Part shown: positions 50,373-59,912 of the stretch, one piece after another
How the letters are laid out: the number at the start of each line of letters is the position of its first letter
How positions within the stretch are numbered: position 1 is the stretch's first letter
Assembly (NCBI GenBank): GCA_965238175.1
Contig: CBDEGZ010000003.1
Location: forward strand, 320,001-384,000
Reading direction: 5' to 3'
DNA: 64,000 bases
Origin: Gammaproteobacteria bacterium
GTDB taxonomy: Bacteria; Pseudomonadota; Gammaproteobacteria; CAJXQU01
The notes under the pieces: generated by a model
The model's input: the letters and a program-made list of their open reading frames with translations, nothing else
Database searches by the model: none
What the model was told of the DNA's origin: nothing
Program-made: the position numbers and the translations under genes

Positions 50373-50676
50373 TATATCCGTGATACTTGGAAATGCGTAT
50401 TTTAGACGGACTCCAAGGGTGGAATCGGTACGAGTGTAGGATGCACGAAGGTAGACAACGCAGGAACTGTTGTCGAGAGCGATGCAAAAAGCCAGGGCGA
50501 GTGTATCCATTTTTATTTATGTCCATGGACGGGACGGTAGTAGGGCAATGCAGGAGCAATTGCCGACAGGTCGAGGCGCGACAGTGTGCATGGCCGCTCC
50601 CTGCAAAGAGAAACAACGCTGCCATAAATGAAAAGGGACGTGCTATAAATAGGCATTTCCAAGCATCACGGGTATG
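50373..50676. mobile_element. ERIC-like MITE, copy 4 (long form with two internal insertions)
   Basis: Terminal IR TATATCCGTGATACTTGGAAATGC...GCATTTCCAAGCATCACGGGTAT; colinear with the reverse complement of copy 2. Confidence 0.75.
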
Positions 50677-50856
50677 GACATCTCGCTATAAAATTGAACA
50701 TAAAAAGCGGTTATTTTTTCATCTGACTTCGTTGTTTAATTTAGTAATGGTTTTGAAAATTATCCACACTAAACTCATCACCTGCTAAAAATATCTTACT
50801 TTATAATTATTTAATTTTATAGAGATAATGTATATTTCAACACATAAGTTTAGAAA

Positions 50857-51915
50857 CTAAGCGAAGTTTACTTGAGCTTCGAAGTTAGTTCGCGAGTCGG
50901 CATTGCCCATTGCTTCTTCAAGATCAATTCGATCGTTAATATAGAGTTCATACAAGGCTCGATCAAACGTTTGCATACCGTTGATACCACTGTCATGCAT
51001 GGCTTCTTTAATTTGATCGAGATCACCTTTGAGTATCAAATCTGCAATATGTGGATTATTAATCAGAATTTCTACGGCAGGAAGACGTTTTGTGTCAGTA
51101 CCGGTTACGAGTCGTTGAGAAAGTACCGCTCGTAGGTTGGTCGATAAATCCATCAATAATTGCTTGTGGTGATCATTTGGGAAAAGATTGATCACTCGTT
51201 CAATTGCCTGATTAGCGTTATTTGCATGCATAGTACTAATACAAAGGTGACCGGTATTACATAGCTCCAATGCAGCGGCCATCGTTTCCCGATCACGTAT
51301 TTCACCAATCATAATAACATCTGGTGATTCACGCATCGCACTTCGCAATGCTGCGTTATATGAATGGGTATCCATACCGATTTCACGCTGGTTGATTATA
51401 CATTTGGCATTGGGATGCGAATATTCAATTGGATCTTCAATGGTAAGAATATGCCCTGGCGCAGCATGATTGCGATAGGCAAGCATAGAAGCCAACGTTG
51501 TCGATTTACCAGAACCTGTAGAGCCAACCATAAGGATTAGCCCACGTTTGTTCATAATTAATCGTTTCATGATGGGTGGTAAGCCAAGTTCTTCGATAGC
51601 AGGAATTTCATTCGCGATAAGTCGTAAGACCATGCCTAGAGTGCCTCGTTGACGAAAAACATTCACCCGGAAACGTGCGTTCTCTTCTTCCAGATCGATA
51701 GAAAAATCAACCTCCAGATCCTCTTTTAATTGTGCTCGTTGACTATCAAACATAATGCCATAGACAGCCGCTTCTATCTGTTGTGTCGTAAGAATCATTT
51801 TTCCTACAGACATAATGACACCTTCTACTTTCATTTTGACAGGTGCTTCACCAGTGAAAAAAAGATCAGATCCTTTTTTCTGGATCAATAATTTTAGAAA
51901 GGGAGTGATATCCAT
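50857..51915 (-). CDS. Second PilU-like retraction ATPase
   Basis: GSTGSGKST, TIEDPIE, QREIG, GEIRD, HANNANQA. Confidence 0.88.
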   Translation of the reverse strand: MDITPFLKLLIQKKGSDLFFTGEAPVKMKVEGVIMSVGKMILTTQQIEAAVYGIMFDSQRAQLKEDLEVDFSIDLEEENARFRVNVFRQRGTLGMVLRLIANEIPAIEELGLPPIMKRLIMNKRGLILMVGSTGSGKSTTLASMLAYRNHAAPGHILTIEDPIEYSHPNAKCIINQREIGMDTHSYNAALRSAMRESPDVIMIGEIRDRETMAAALELCNTGHLCISTMHANNANQAIERVINLFPNDHHKQLLMDLSTNLRAVLSQRLVTGTDTKRLPAVEILINNPHIADLILKGDLDQIKEAMHDSGINGMQTFDRALYELYINDRIDLEEAMGNADSRTNFEAQVNFA

Positions 51916-51951
51916 ATCGTTTAAATTGAGCTTTAATTGTCGTTATGTTTT

Positions 51952-53118
51952 TTAATAGATCATACCGGTAGGGTCTTCTGTTGCGACCAGTTCGATTTTG
52001 TCGAGTCCATCGAATTTGTCAGAATCTTTATTTTCTTTACCTTCTAACTTAATCCGTAAGCGCAGTTCATTCATCGAGTCTGCATTTCTGAGGGCATCTT
52101 CGTAAGTAATCAAACCGTCTTCATAAAGATCAAATAAAGCTTGGTCAAATGTTTTCATACCGAGTTCATTGGATTTGCTCATGATTTCTTTAATCTGATG
52201 AGTTTCACCCTTGAGTAATAAATCAGAAACCAAAGGAGAGTTAAGCATTAGCTCTATGGCTGCAACTCGACCTTTTCCAACAGCTTTCTTTAGTAAGCGT
52301 TGTGAAATGACCCCTCTTAGGTTGAGCGACAAGTCCATCAACAGTTGTTGACGTCGTTCCTCTGGAAAGAAGTTAACAATTCTGTCCATCGCCTGGTTTG
52401 CATTATTTGCATGTAATGTCGCAATAGCTAAATGACCTGTTTCTGCAAACTGAAGTGCCATCTCCATTGTTTCACGATCACGTATTTCTCCCAAAGAAAT
52501 AACATCGGGTGCTTGCCTTAAGGTGTTTTTTAGCGCAACTTGCCAGTCCTCAGTATCCATACCCACTTCACGCTGCATAATGATACATCCTTTGTGTGGG
52601 TGCACATATTCAATAGGATCTTCAACAGTAATTATATGACCTTGCGTCTTTTCATTTCGGTGATTGATCATTGCCGCCAAAGATGTCGATTTACCACTTC
52701 CAGTGCCACCAACTATCACTACCAGTCCACGTTTTGTGAGCGATACTTCTTGCAATACTTCAGGTAAACCAAGCTGTTCGAGCGTCGGCACTTCCGTTTC
52801 GATTTTCCGTAATATCATACCTACATAGCTGGATTGAACATGTGCGTTAGCTCGAAATCGGCCAATCCCTTTTGGTGAAATGGCAAAGTTACATTCTTTG
52901 GTAGCTTCAAATTCCTTGATATTGCGATCTTTCATAATCGCATAGGCCAGTGCTCTGGTATTATCTGATGTAAGGGCGGTTTTGGAAATTGGCGTAATAT
53001 TTCCATCGACTTTAATAGCAGGTGGAAATCCTACAGAAATAAATAAATCTGATCCCTTTTTATCCGCCATCATCTGCAGGAGATCCCGCATGTAGCTAAT
53101 CGCTTGTTCTCGTTCCAT
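51952..53118 (-). CDS. pilU: Type IV pilus retraction ATPase PilU
   Basis: GGTGSGKST, LKNTLRQAPDV, HANNANQA, NADSMNELRLRIKL; follows pilT. Confidence 0.92.
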   Translation of the reverse strand: MEREQAISYMRDLLQMMADKKGSDLFISVGFPPAIKVDGNITPISKTALTSDNTRALAYAIMKDRNIKEFEATKECNFAISPKGIGRFRANAHVQSSYVGMILRKIETEVPTLEQLGLPEVLQEVSLTKRGLVVIVGGTGSGKSTSLAAMINHRNEKTQGHIITVEDPIEYVHPHKGCIIMQREVGMDTEDWQVALKNTLRQAPDVISLGEIRDRETMEMALQFAETGHLAIATLHANNANQAMDRIVNFFPEERRQQLLMDLSLNLRGVISQRLLKKAVGKGRVAAIELMLNSPLVSDLLLKGETHQIKEIMSKSNELGMKTFDQALFDLYEDGLITYEDALRNADSMNELRLRIKLEGKENKDSDKFDGLDKIELVATEDPTGMIY

Positions 53119-53160
53119 GAATCCTTCTCTCTTTCAAACTTGTAATAAGTTATCGACAGA

Positions 53161-54195
53161 TCAGAATAATTCTTTATTGATAGCTTTCGTTCTTGCGATC
53201 TGACGAGTAATAACTTTTTTGCTAACCATATCCTGTAAACATTGATCCAGTGTTTGCATTCCAAGTTGGGCACCCGTCTGAATTGCAGAATACATCTGGG
53301 CGATCTTATTTTCACGGATCAAATTACGAATTGCTGGCGTCCCGATCATAATTTCATGTGCTGCTGCACGCCCCCCCCCCACTTTTTTTAATAAGGTTTG
53401 ACTGACGACAGCACGTAATGATTCTGACAACATTGAGCGCATCATTTCTTTTTCTTCAGCAGGGAAAACATCAACAATACGATCAATCGTTTTAGCTGCA
53501 GAACTAGTATGTAGGGTACCAAAAACAAGATGACCTGTTTCTGCTGCCGATAGCGCCAGACGAATAGTTTCCAAATCACGTAATTCACCAACAAGAATGG
53601 TATCTGGATCTTCACGTAGCGCCGATCGTAATGCTTCATTGAAGCCAAGCGTGTCACGGTGGACTTCGCGCTGGTTAATAAGACACTTCTTGCTTTGATG
53701 AACAAATTCAATTGGGTCTTCTACGGTTAGAATATGCCCATATTCACTTTCATTTTTGTGATTGACCATCGCAGCAAGCGTGGTTGATTTACCTGAGCCC
53801 GTTGGCCCAGTGACTAAGACTATGCCACGGGGATAGTCTGCAATGTCGGCTAGCATCTTGGGTGCGTTTAAATCTTCAAGTGAGAGCACTTCGGAAGGAA
53901 TGGTACGAAAGACAGCTGCAGCCCCCCGTTCTTGATTAAAGGCATTAACACGGAAACGAGCAAGACCAGGAACATCAAAAGAAAAATCAGTTTCTAAGAA
54001 TTCTTCGTAGTCTTTACGGTTTTTATCGTTCATGATGTCGTATACAAGACCATGAACTTCTTTGTGTTCCATTGATGGGATGTTGATACGTCGTACATCA
54101 CCATCAACACGGATCATTGGAGGCAAACCTGCCGAAAGATGTAAGTCGGATGCGCCATTTTTGACGCTAAAGGCCAATAATTCACCAATATCCAT
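53161..54195 (-). CDS. pilT: Type IV pilus retraction ATPase PilT
   Basis: MDIGELLAFSVKNGASDLHLS, GPTGSGKST, AIRNLIRE. Confidence 0.97.
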   Translation of the reverse strand: MDIGELLAFSVKNGASDLHLSAGLPPMIRVDGDVRRINIPSMEHKEVHGLVYDIMNDKNRKDYEEFLETDFSFDVPGLARFRVNAFNQERGAAAVFRTIPSEVLSLEDLNAPKMLADIADYPRGIVLVTGPTGSGKSTTLAAMVNHKNESEYGHILTVEDPIEFVHQSKKCLINQREVHRDTLGFNEALRSALREDPDTILVGELRDLETIRLALSAAETGHLVFGTLHTSSAAKTIDRIVDVFPAEEKEMMRSMLSESLRAVVSQTLLKKVGGGRAAAHEIMIGTPAIRNLIRENKIAQMYSAIQTGAQLGMQTLDQCLQDMVSKKVITRQIARTKAINKELF

Positions 54196-54376
54196 TAAAT
54201 ATTCCCCTCATAAAACCCGATCGAAAACGGTATAATCACTGTTAAATTAGTCCTAATTAATACGTTTTACAAGTATTCACTCAACATATAATTATTCTAA
54301 AAATCGTCTACTATTGCCAATCTAGTACGCAAATAATGCGCCAAGAATTTATAAGACAATAAAAATATTGTGATCT

Positions 54377-55090
54377 ATGAAAATTAAAACGATCCTCGAA
54401 TTTCAGCAAGAGTTAGATAACGTCGTTTCTCAACAAGGGAATACACAAAATCGCATTCAATTACTCGCGGTAAGCAAAACCCGCTCGGCCAAGGAAATTG
54501 ATCAACTAATAGCACAGGGACAGCAATGTTTTGGTGAAAATTATCTTCAAGAAGCAATTGAAAAGATCGAATTGCTTAAACACCACAAGCTAGAGTGGCA
54601 TTACATCGGTAAAATTCAGTCTAACAAAACTAAATTGATCGCCACTTCTTTTGATTGGGCACACACAGTTGACCGATTAAAGGTTGCTCAACGGCTAAGT
54701 GAACAACGACCAAAAGAGCTACCACCGCTGAAGATTTGTCTTCAAGTGAATACCAGTGGTGAGACAACTAAAGGTGGAATAAATTTCGATGCTTTGCCAG
54801 CACTAGCGAAAGATGTAGATCAACTCCCAGGTTTGGAACTTCGAGGATTAATGACACTTCCCGCACCTGCTAAAGAATTTGATCAGCAAAGACAACCTTT
54901 CCACCAACTTTGTGCATCGCTAGGTGCGCTTGCGCAACAGGGGCTTAACCTTGATACACTATCAATGGGCACAACCAATGATTTTAGGGCTGCTGTTGCT
55001 GAAGGATTAGCCAGCCAACCAGCCAAGATAGGCAAACCATTAACAACTATTATTCGGATCGGGACGGCTCTATTTGGCCCCCGCAAATGA
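54377..55090 (+). CDS. yggS: PLP homeostasis protein
   Basis: LLAVSKT, FGENYLQE, WHYIGKIQSNK, LSMG, RIGTALFG. Confidence 0.95.
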   Translation: MKIKTILEFQQELDNVVSQQGNTQNRIQLLAVSKTRSAKEIDQLIAQGQQCFGENYLQEAIEKIELLKHHKLEWHYIGKIQSNKTKLIATSFDWAHTVDRLKVAQRLSEQRPKELPPLKICLQVNTSGETTKGGINFDALPALAKDVDQLPGLELRGLMTLPAPAKEFDQQRQPFHQLCASLGALAQQGLNLDTLSMGTTNDFRAAVAEGLASQPAKIGKPLTTIIRIGTALFGPRK

Positions 55091-55971
55091 GTAAAAAACA
55101 AACTGGGACAAGTAACCATGAAAGAGTTTTTATGATCGATCAGAAAATTGTTTTTATTGGTGGTGGAAACATGGGGCGCTGTCTGATCGCAGGCTTAATT
55201 GCTGGTGGTTATTCTCGCCAGGTGATTCATGTTATAGACCCTGATCAAAAAGTACGTGATCAACTGGAGATACAGTATCAGATCAACTCGCATGAGGGCC
55301 CACAAGGTGTGTTAGACAAAGCTGAAATTGTCGTACTGGCAGTAAAACCACAAATTATGCAGCTAGCGATCAATGGAATAAAAAGCTATCTGGACAATCC
55401 AATGCCACTGATTATTTCTATAGCCGCAGGTCTTCAAACAGCAACATTAGCAAAATGGCTGGGGGCAGATTCACCGCTTGTTAGGACGATGCCAAACACG
55501 CCAGCTATGGTTGGAAGCGGTGCGACAGCTTTATATGCCACAAAAAATGTCACAGAAACTCAAGGTAATATGGCAGAATCGATAATGCGCGCTGTAGGGA
55601 TCACTCAATGGTTGGATGATGAAGCTCTAATGGATGCTGTTACAGCCGTTTCGGGCAGTGGGCCTGCGTATTTTTTCCGAATGATGGAAGCGATGGCAAA
55701 AGCGGGGGAAGGCTTGGGTCTCACAAAAGAACAAGCTCGACTACTAACAATAGAAACCGCATTTGGTGCTGCTAAAATGGCATTGGAAAGTACGAATGAT
55801 CCGGCCTCTTTGCGGAAACAGGTAACTTCGCCGGGTGGCACAACAGAACGTGCACTTAATGTTTTTAATGAGCAAAATATTGATATGATCTTTGAAAAAG
55901 CACTGACTGCAGCAAAAGAGCGGTCAGAAGTGCTAGCAATAGAATTATCGATGATATCAGGAGATTCATAA
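55087..55971 (+). CDS. proC: Pyrroline-5-carboxylate reductase (true start possibly 55132)
   Basis: FIGGGNMG, LAVKPQ, RTMPNTP, SGSGPAY, VTSPGGTT. Confidence 0.96.
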   Translation: MSKKQTGTSNHERVFMIDQKIVFIGGGNMGRCLIAGLIAGGYSRQVIHVIDPDQKVRDQLEIQYQINSHEGPQGVLDKAEIVVLAVKPQIMQLAINGIKSYLDNPMPLIISIAAGLQTATLAKWLGADSPLVRTMPNTPAMVGSGATALYATKNVTETQGNMAESIMRAVGITQWLDDEALMDAVTAVSGSGPAYFFRMMEAMAKAGEGLGLTKEQARLLTIETAFGAAKMALESTNDPASLRKQVTSPGGTTERALNVFNEQNIDMIFEKALTAAKERSEVLAIELSMISGDS

Positions 55972-55974
55972 ACG

Positions 55975-56547
55975 ATGGGTTACTTTAACAATGCAGCATC
56001 ATTTTTGATCAGCACCGCGTTTGGTTTATACATCCTTGCTGTGCTACTGCGATTTTTATTCCAACTTTTTCGTGCAGATTTTCAAAATCCGCTTAGTCAA
56101 TTTATTCTTAAAGTCACAACACCGGCACTGCGGCCATTGCGCAATATCATTCCCGGCGTAAAAGGCATTGATTGGCCAGCACTGGTTCTGCTCTTTATTT
56201 TGCAAATAATATTACTTGTCATTCTAGGTTTACTCCAAGGAAATGTACCGCCGATCGGAAACTTGATCATCTTGAGCATTGCAAACCTGTTAAAACTGGT
56301 AGTTTATGTGTTTATGTTTGCCCTATTTATTGTCTTTGTTCTAGGTTGGGTTGCCCCAGGAACCTATAATTATATGACTTCAATCTTGAGCAGTTTGACA
56401 GAACCCATCCTCACTCCCATTCGTGAAAAGTTGCCAACATCAGGTGGAGGATTAGATTTTTCTATGTTAATTGCGTTTATACTCCTACAACTGTTTTTAA
56501 TGTTAGTAGTAAAACCACTTATGGATTTAGGTGCAGGTGTTATGTAA
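55975..56547 (+). CDS. yggT: YggT family membrane protein
   Basis: RADFQNPLSQF, LTEPILTPIR..LDFS; operon position. Confidence 0.92.
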   Translation: MGYFNNAASFLISTAFGLYILAVLLRFLFQLFRADFQNPLSQFILKVTTPALRPLRNIIPGVKGIDWPALVLLFILQIILLVILGLLQGNVPPIGNLIILSIANLLKLVVYVFMFALFIVFVLGWVAPGTYNYMTSILSSLTEPILTPIREKLPTSGGGLDFSMLIAFILLQLFLMLVVKPLMDLGAGVM

Positions 56548-56613
56548 CCTATTTTAGGTGCATGAATAAATAGGCTACGAAATAATGGCTTATTTTTTAT
56601 ATAGGAGATAGTT

Positions 56614-57060
56614 ATGTGTGTTAGAAATTCGTTAATATTCACCTTTCTAAGTTTGATCCTTTTCACCATTACAAGTACTGCCGAACAATCCCAAACGTTC
56701 GGCAAATATACTATTCACTACAATGTAATTAATACAGAGATACTTGATCCAGCGGTTGCAAGTGGCTACAAAATCACACGAAGTAAAAATCGTGCCCTGT
56801 TGAATATTTCGATCTTAAAAGATCAAATGGGAACTTCGGTAAAACCCGTTAAAGCTACAGTATCGGCCATGACGACCACTCTCAACTTACAACAAAGCAA
56901 GATCAAAATTCGTGAATTGGAAGATTCAGATGCAATTTATTATGTCGGCGAGATCCCAATCAAAAATGCTGAAACTCTAAAATTCGAAATTCAAGTTCAA
57001 CCACTAGCAGGTGACGAAACCTATACTTTGAAATTTCAGCAAGAACTTTTCACAGAATAA
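56614..57060 (+). CDS. DUF4426 exported protein
   Basis: IHYNVINTEILDPAVASGYKITRS..ALLNISI, AIYY. Confidence 0.85.
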   Translation: MCVRNSLIFTFLSLILFTITSTAEQSQTFGKYTIHYNVINTEILDPAVASGYKITRSKNRALLNISILKDQMGTSVKPVKATVSAMTTTLNLQQSKIKIRELEDSDAIYYVGEIPIKNAETLKFEIQVQPLAGDETYTLKFQQELFTE

Positions 57061-57116
57061 CCAGTCTGAATATTTATAATTTTAATGCTTGTTGGATTCG
57101 CAAATTTTTAGAAAAC

Positions 57117-57803
57117 ATGGATAATTCTACTCAGCCACACGACATCCAAATCAATATGGATCGCTCAAAAGAGTTAATGACCAATACAACAGAAATGGAT
57201 TGGCTTCCATCCCCTGCAAAAGGTGTTCTACGTAAGCCACTAGAGAGGGAAGCCAAAGAAACGGGGCAAGTGACCAGTGTTGTCAGGTATGAACCAGGCT
57301 CTGTATTCTCATCGCATTTGCATCCTAAGGGTGAGGAAATTTTTGTCTTAGATGGTGTCTTTGAAGATGAGCATGGTAGTTACCCTGCCGGTAGTTATTT
57401 ACGCAACCCACCCGGTTCGTCTCACGCCCCAAAATCCACAACTGGTTGTGAACTTTTCGTAAAATTAAATATGTTCCAACAAGGTGATAGTGAAACTGTA
57501 GTGATTAATACTGATGCAGAGGAGTGGCAGCCAGGAATTAGTGAAGGCTTATCTATAATACCCTTACATTCCTTTGGTGCGGAAAGTATGGCCCTGGTAA
57601 AATGGGATATTGGAACGGTTTTTACACCTCACGTGCATCCCGGTGGCGAAGAAATTTTTGTTCTCGAAGGTACTTTAGAAGACGAGCATGGCACCTACCC
57701 GAAAGGCACCTGGATCCGAAGTCCAAACTACAGCAAGCATTTTCCAACAAGTAAAGAAGGTTGCATCATTTTTGTTAAAACTGGGCATTTACCTACGCTT
57801 TAA
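57117..57803 (+). CDS. ChrR-like double cupin (cupin_7) protein
   Basis: Two repeats of H.HP.GEEIFVL.G..EDEHG.YP.G..R.P..S.H.P. Confidence 0.88.
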   Translation: MDNSTQPHDIQINMDRSKELMTNTTEMDWLPSPAKGVLRKPLEREAKETGQVTSVVRYEPGSVFSSHLHPKGEEIFVLDGVFEDEHGSYPAGSYLRNPPGSSHAPKSTTGCELFVKLNMFQQGDSETVVINTDAEEWQPGISEGLSIIPLHSFGAESMALVKWDIGTVFTPHVHPGGEEIFVLEGTLEDEHGTYPKGTWIRSPNYSKHFPTSKEGCIIFVKTGHLPTL

Positions 57804-57842
57804 AAACAAAGAATATTGTTGGCATAATTGAAGTTATTATTA

Positions 57843-58079
57843 CTACTTAATTTGTATCATTAAGTATGTAGTCTCCCACGCCTCACGCTTTTGGCTATAA
57901 CGTGATGATGCTAGGCTATCCATTGCGCCGAACAAGTCTCGCATCTCTGCATCGCTGGGTGTGTCTACTTCCTGATCTTCGTAACGTCCATTTGATTTAA
58001 TACTGATACCCACAGCAGGATCGGTTGTTAAATACCCTTGATGGATCATTTCTAATAGCATGGAATGAAAAGAGGACAA
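57843..58079 (-). pseudogene. Tyrosine integrase internal fragment
   Basis: FHSMLLEMIHQGYLTTDPAVGISIK..RYE..PSDAEMRDL..AW resembles the core-binding to catalytic linker; truncated at both ends. Confidence 0.5.
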
Positions 58080-58109
58080 CGTACGGCGAGCCAGATCTCG
58101 ACTCTTGTG

Positions 58110-58290
58110 ACCGCCGATTAAAGACCGTTGGAGTGAACTTTGAAGATCAACAAGATCTCTTAGGTCATCGCGCTGGACACATTGTTCAGCGGCAGAATTA
58201 TCGAAACTGATTGAAGCCGCAAATAGCGTTTGTCATGCCAATAAAAAAAGACCCGAACTCGTGATTTTACGCAGGCTCGGTGTGTCATAA
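58110..58290 (+). pseudogene. C-terminal remnant of a second phage integrase converging on tRNA-Phe
   Basis: RRLKTVGVNFEDQQDLLGHRAGH, then after a frameshift SAAELSKLIEAANSVC..*. The LLGH box is present, but the catalytic Tyr segment is missing. Confidence 0.7.
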
Positions 58291-58365
58291 ATTAGGCCTC
58301 ACACAAAACTCACGCAAGAGGGTTTTTGAAGTAAAATTCTAAAAACGTAACTGATTGTTTTTTAA

Positions 58366-58441
<76 letters not shown>

Positions 58442-58526
58442 ATTTTTGAAGATTTATTACGAGCGCGATATTAGACCGTTTGAGACGGTTTGAGTCAAGT
58501 CTTTCAGCAATATTCGGAACAAAATA

Positions 58527-58805
58527 CTATTCTGAATCATTTTCAGGGATGTAACCTTCTGGTACCTCTGAACCTTCGCCGAAGAAAAACTTCTCCATTT
58601 CTCCTTCGAGGAATTTACGCGCCTCAGGTTCTATGGGCGTGAGACGATTTTCATTGATCAACATGGTTTGGTGAGCAAGCCACAATTGCCAAGCTTCTTG
58701 CGAAACATTGTCATAAATTCTCTGTCCCAATTCACCAGGGTATGGGACTCTTTTCAAGCCTTCGGCTTCTTTATCTAATTTGATGCAAGTTATGATATGC
58801 GTCAT
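58527..58805 (-). CDS. yggX: Fe(II)-trafficking/oxidative damage protection protein
   Basis: [34 protein letters not shown]; follows mutY. Confidence 0.95.
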   Translation of the reverse strand: MTHIITCIKLDKEAEGLKRVPYPGELGQRIYDNVSQEAWQLWLAHQTMLINENRLTPIEPEARKFLEGEMEKFFFGEGSEVPEGYIPENDSE

Positions 58806-59856
58806 GTGGTTTGTCCTTTTCTAACTTTTTCAACAAGCTGGTAACGGGTGCTGCCAGACCTATGTTTTTGATCTGATCGAAGTTATACCAGAGTGTTTGT
58901 TTTGGTTCCATGATCATCATTGTATTATTTTTGATCTCGGCGATTATGGGTGTGATCTCTAGATGAAAATGGCTGAATGTATGACGCATAATTTGCAACT
59001 TCTCCAGATTACTAATCTTCAAACCAAAACGCTGTTGGCAAATGTTTTTTAGATCAGAATCATGAGCGCATTCGGGCAAACTCCATAAACCTCCCCAGAT
59101 CCCGCTGGGTGGTCGCTTTTCTAGTAATATTTCATTTTGATCATTTTTCAGTATCAAAAATATTTTCTCTTTTGTCGGCAAACTTTTTTTAGGTTTTGAA
59201 TAGGGAAAATCTTTTTGTCGATCTGATTTTCTTGCCAGGCAATCCTTCTCTACGGGACAATTCTGACACTTTGGTTTGCTACGTGTACAAACTGTCGCAC
59301 CAAGATCCATAATCGCCTGCGTGTACGAATCTACGTTTCTTTCAGGTGTGTTTTGTTTTGCGATTTTCCAGAGTTTTTCTTCAATTTTCGTTTGACCCGG
59401 CCAACCTTCAATAGCATTAAATCGGGTTAATACGCGCTTTACATTACCATCAAGAATCGGAAATCGCTGTTGCATGGATAGTGATAAAATCGCTCCAGCA
59501 GTCGAACGCCCAATACCCGGTAACGCAACAATTTGATCAAACGTTGTTGGGAATTCACCGTGATGTTCACTCACAATTTGTTGAGCCGCTTTGTGTAAAT
59601 TGCGACCTCTGGCGTAATAACCCAGCCCCGACCAATGGTGCAGAACTTGATCAATATCGGCTTCGGCCAACGACTCTACAGAAGGGAAACTCTTTAGAAA
59701 TCGTGCATAGTATGGGAGAACAGTTGCTACCTGGGTTTGTTGCAACATAATCTCGGACACCCAAACTCTATAGGGTGTAGGATTTTTTTGCCAAGGGAGA
59801 TCATGACGGCCGTATTGATCAAACCAATACAATATAGCTTTTGAAAATGCCGTCAC
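58771..59856 (-). CDS. mutY: A/G-specific adenine glycosylase
   Basis: [34 protein letters not shown], Fe-S motif [12 protein letters not shown]. Confidence 0.97.
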   Translation of the reverse strand: MTAFSKAILYWFDQYGRHDLPWQKNPTPYRVWVSEIMLQQTQVATVLPYYARFLKSFPSVESLAEADIDQVLHHWSGLGYYARGRNLHKAAQQIVSEHHGEFPTTFDQIVALPGIGRSTAGAILSLSMQQRFPILDGNVKRVLTRFNAIEGWPGQTKIEEKLWKIAKQNTPERNVDSYTQAIMDLGATVCTRSKPKCQNCPVEKDCLARKSDRQKDFPYSKPKKSLPTKEKIFLILKNDQNEILLEKRPPSGIWGGLWSLPECAHDSDLKNICQQRFGLKISNLEKLQIMRHTFSHFHLEITPIIAEIKNNTMMIMEPKQTLWYNFDQIKNIGLAAPVTSLLKKLEKDKPHDAYHNLHQIR

Positions 59857-59868
59857 TATTGATTAATC

Positions 59869-59904
59869 AAAAAAAATATCCCGACAAATAATTGCCGGGA
59901 TATT
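59869..59904 (-). terminator. Rho-independent terminator after asmA
   Basis: A-run followed by hairpin AATATCCCG..CGGGATATT. Confidence 0.65.
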
Positions 59905-59912
59905 GATCAAAT

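Noticed and set aside
50365-50788. ORFs 50387..50788 (+) and 50365..50625 (-)
   Set aside because: They lie over MITE copy 4, have odd Cys/Arg-rich composition and no RBS; likely spurious.
50857-54195. Three retraction ATPases as a novel system
   Set aside because: Extra PilU paralogues are common in Proteobacteria.
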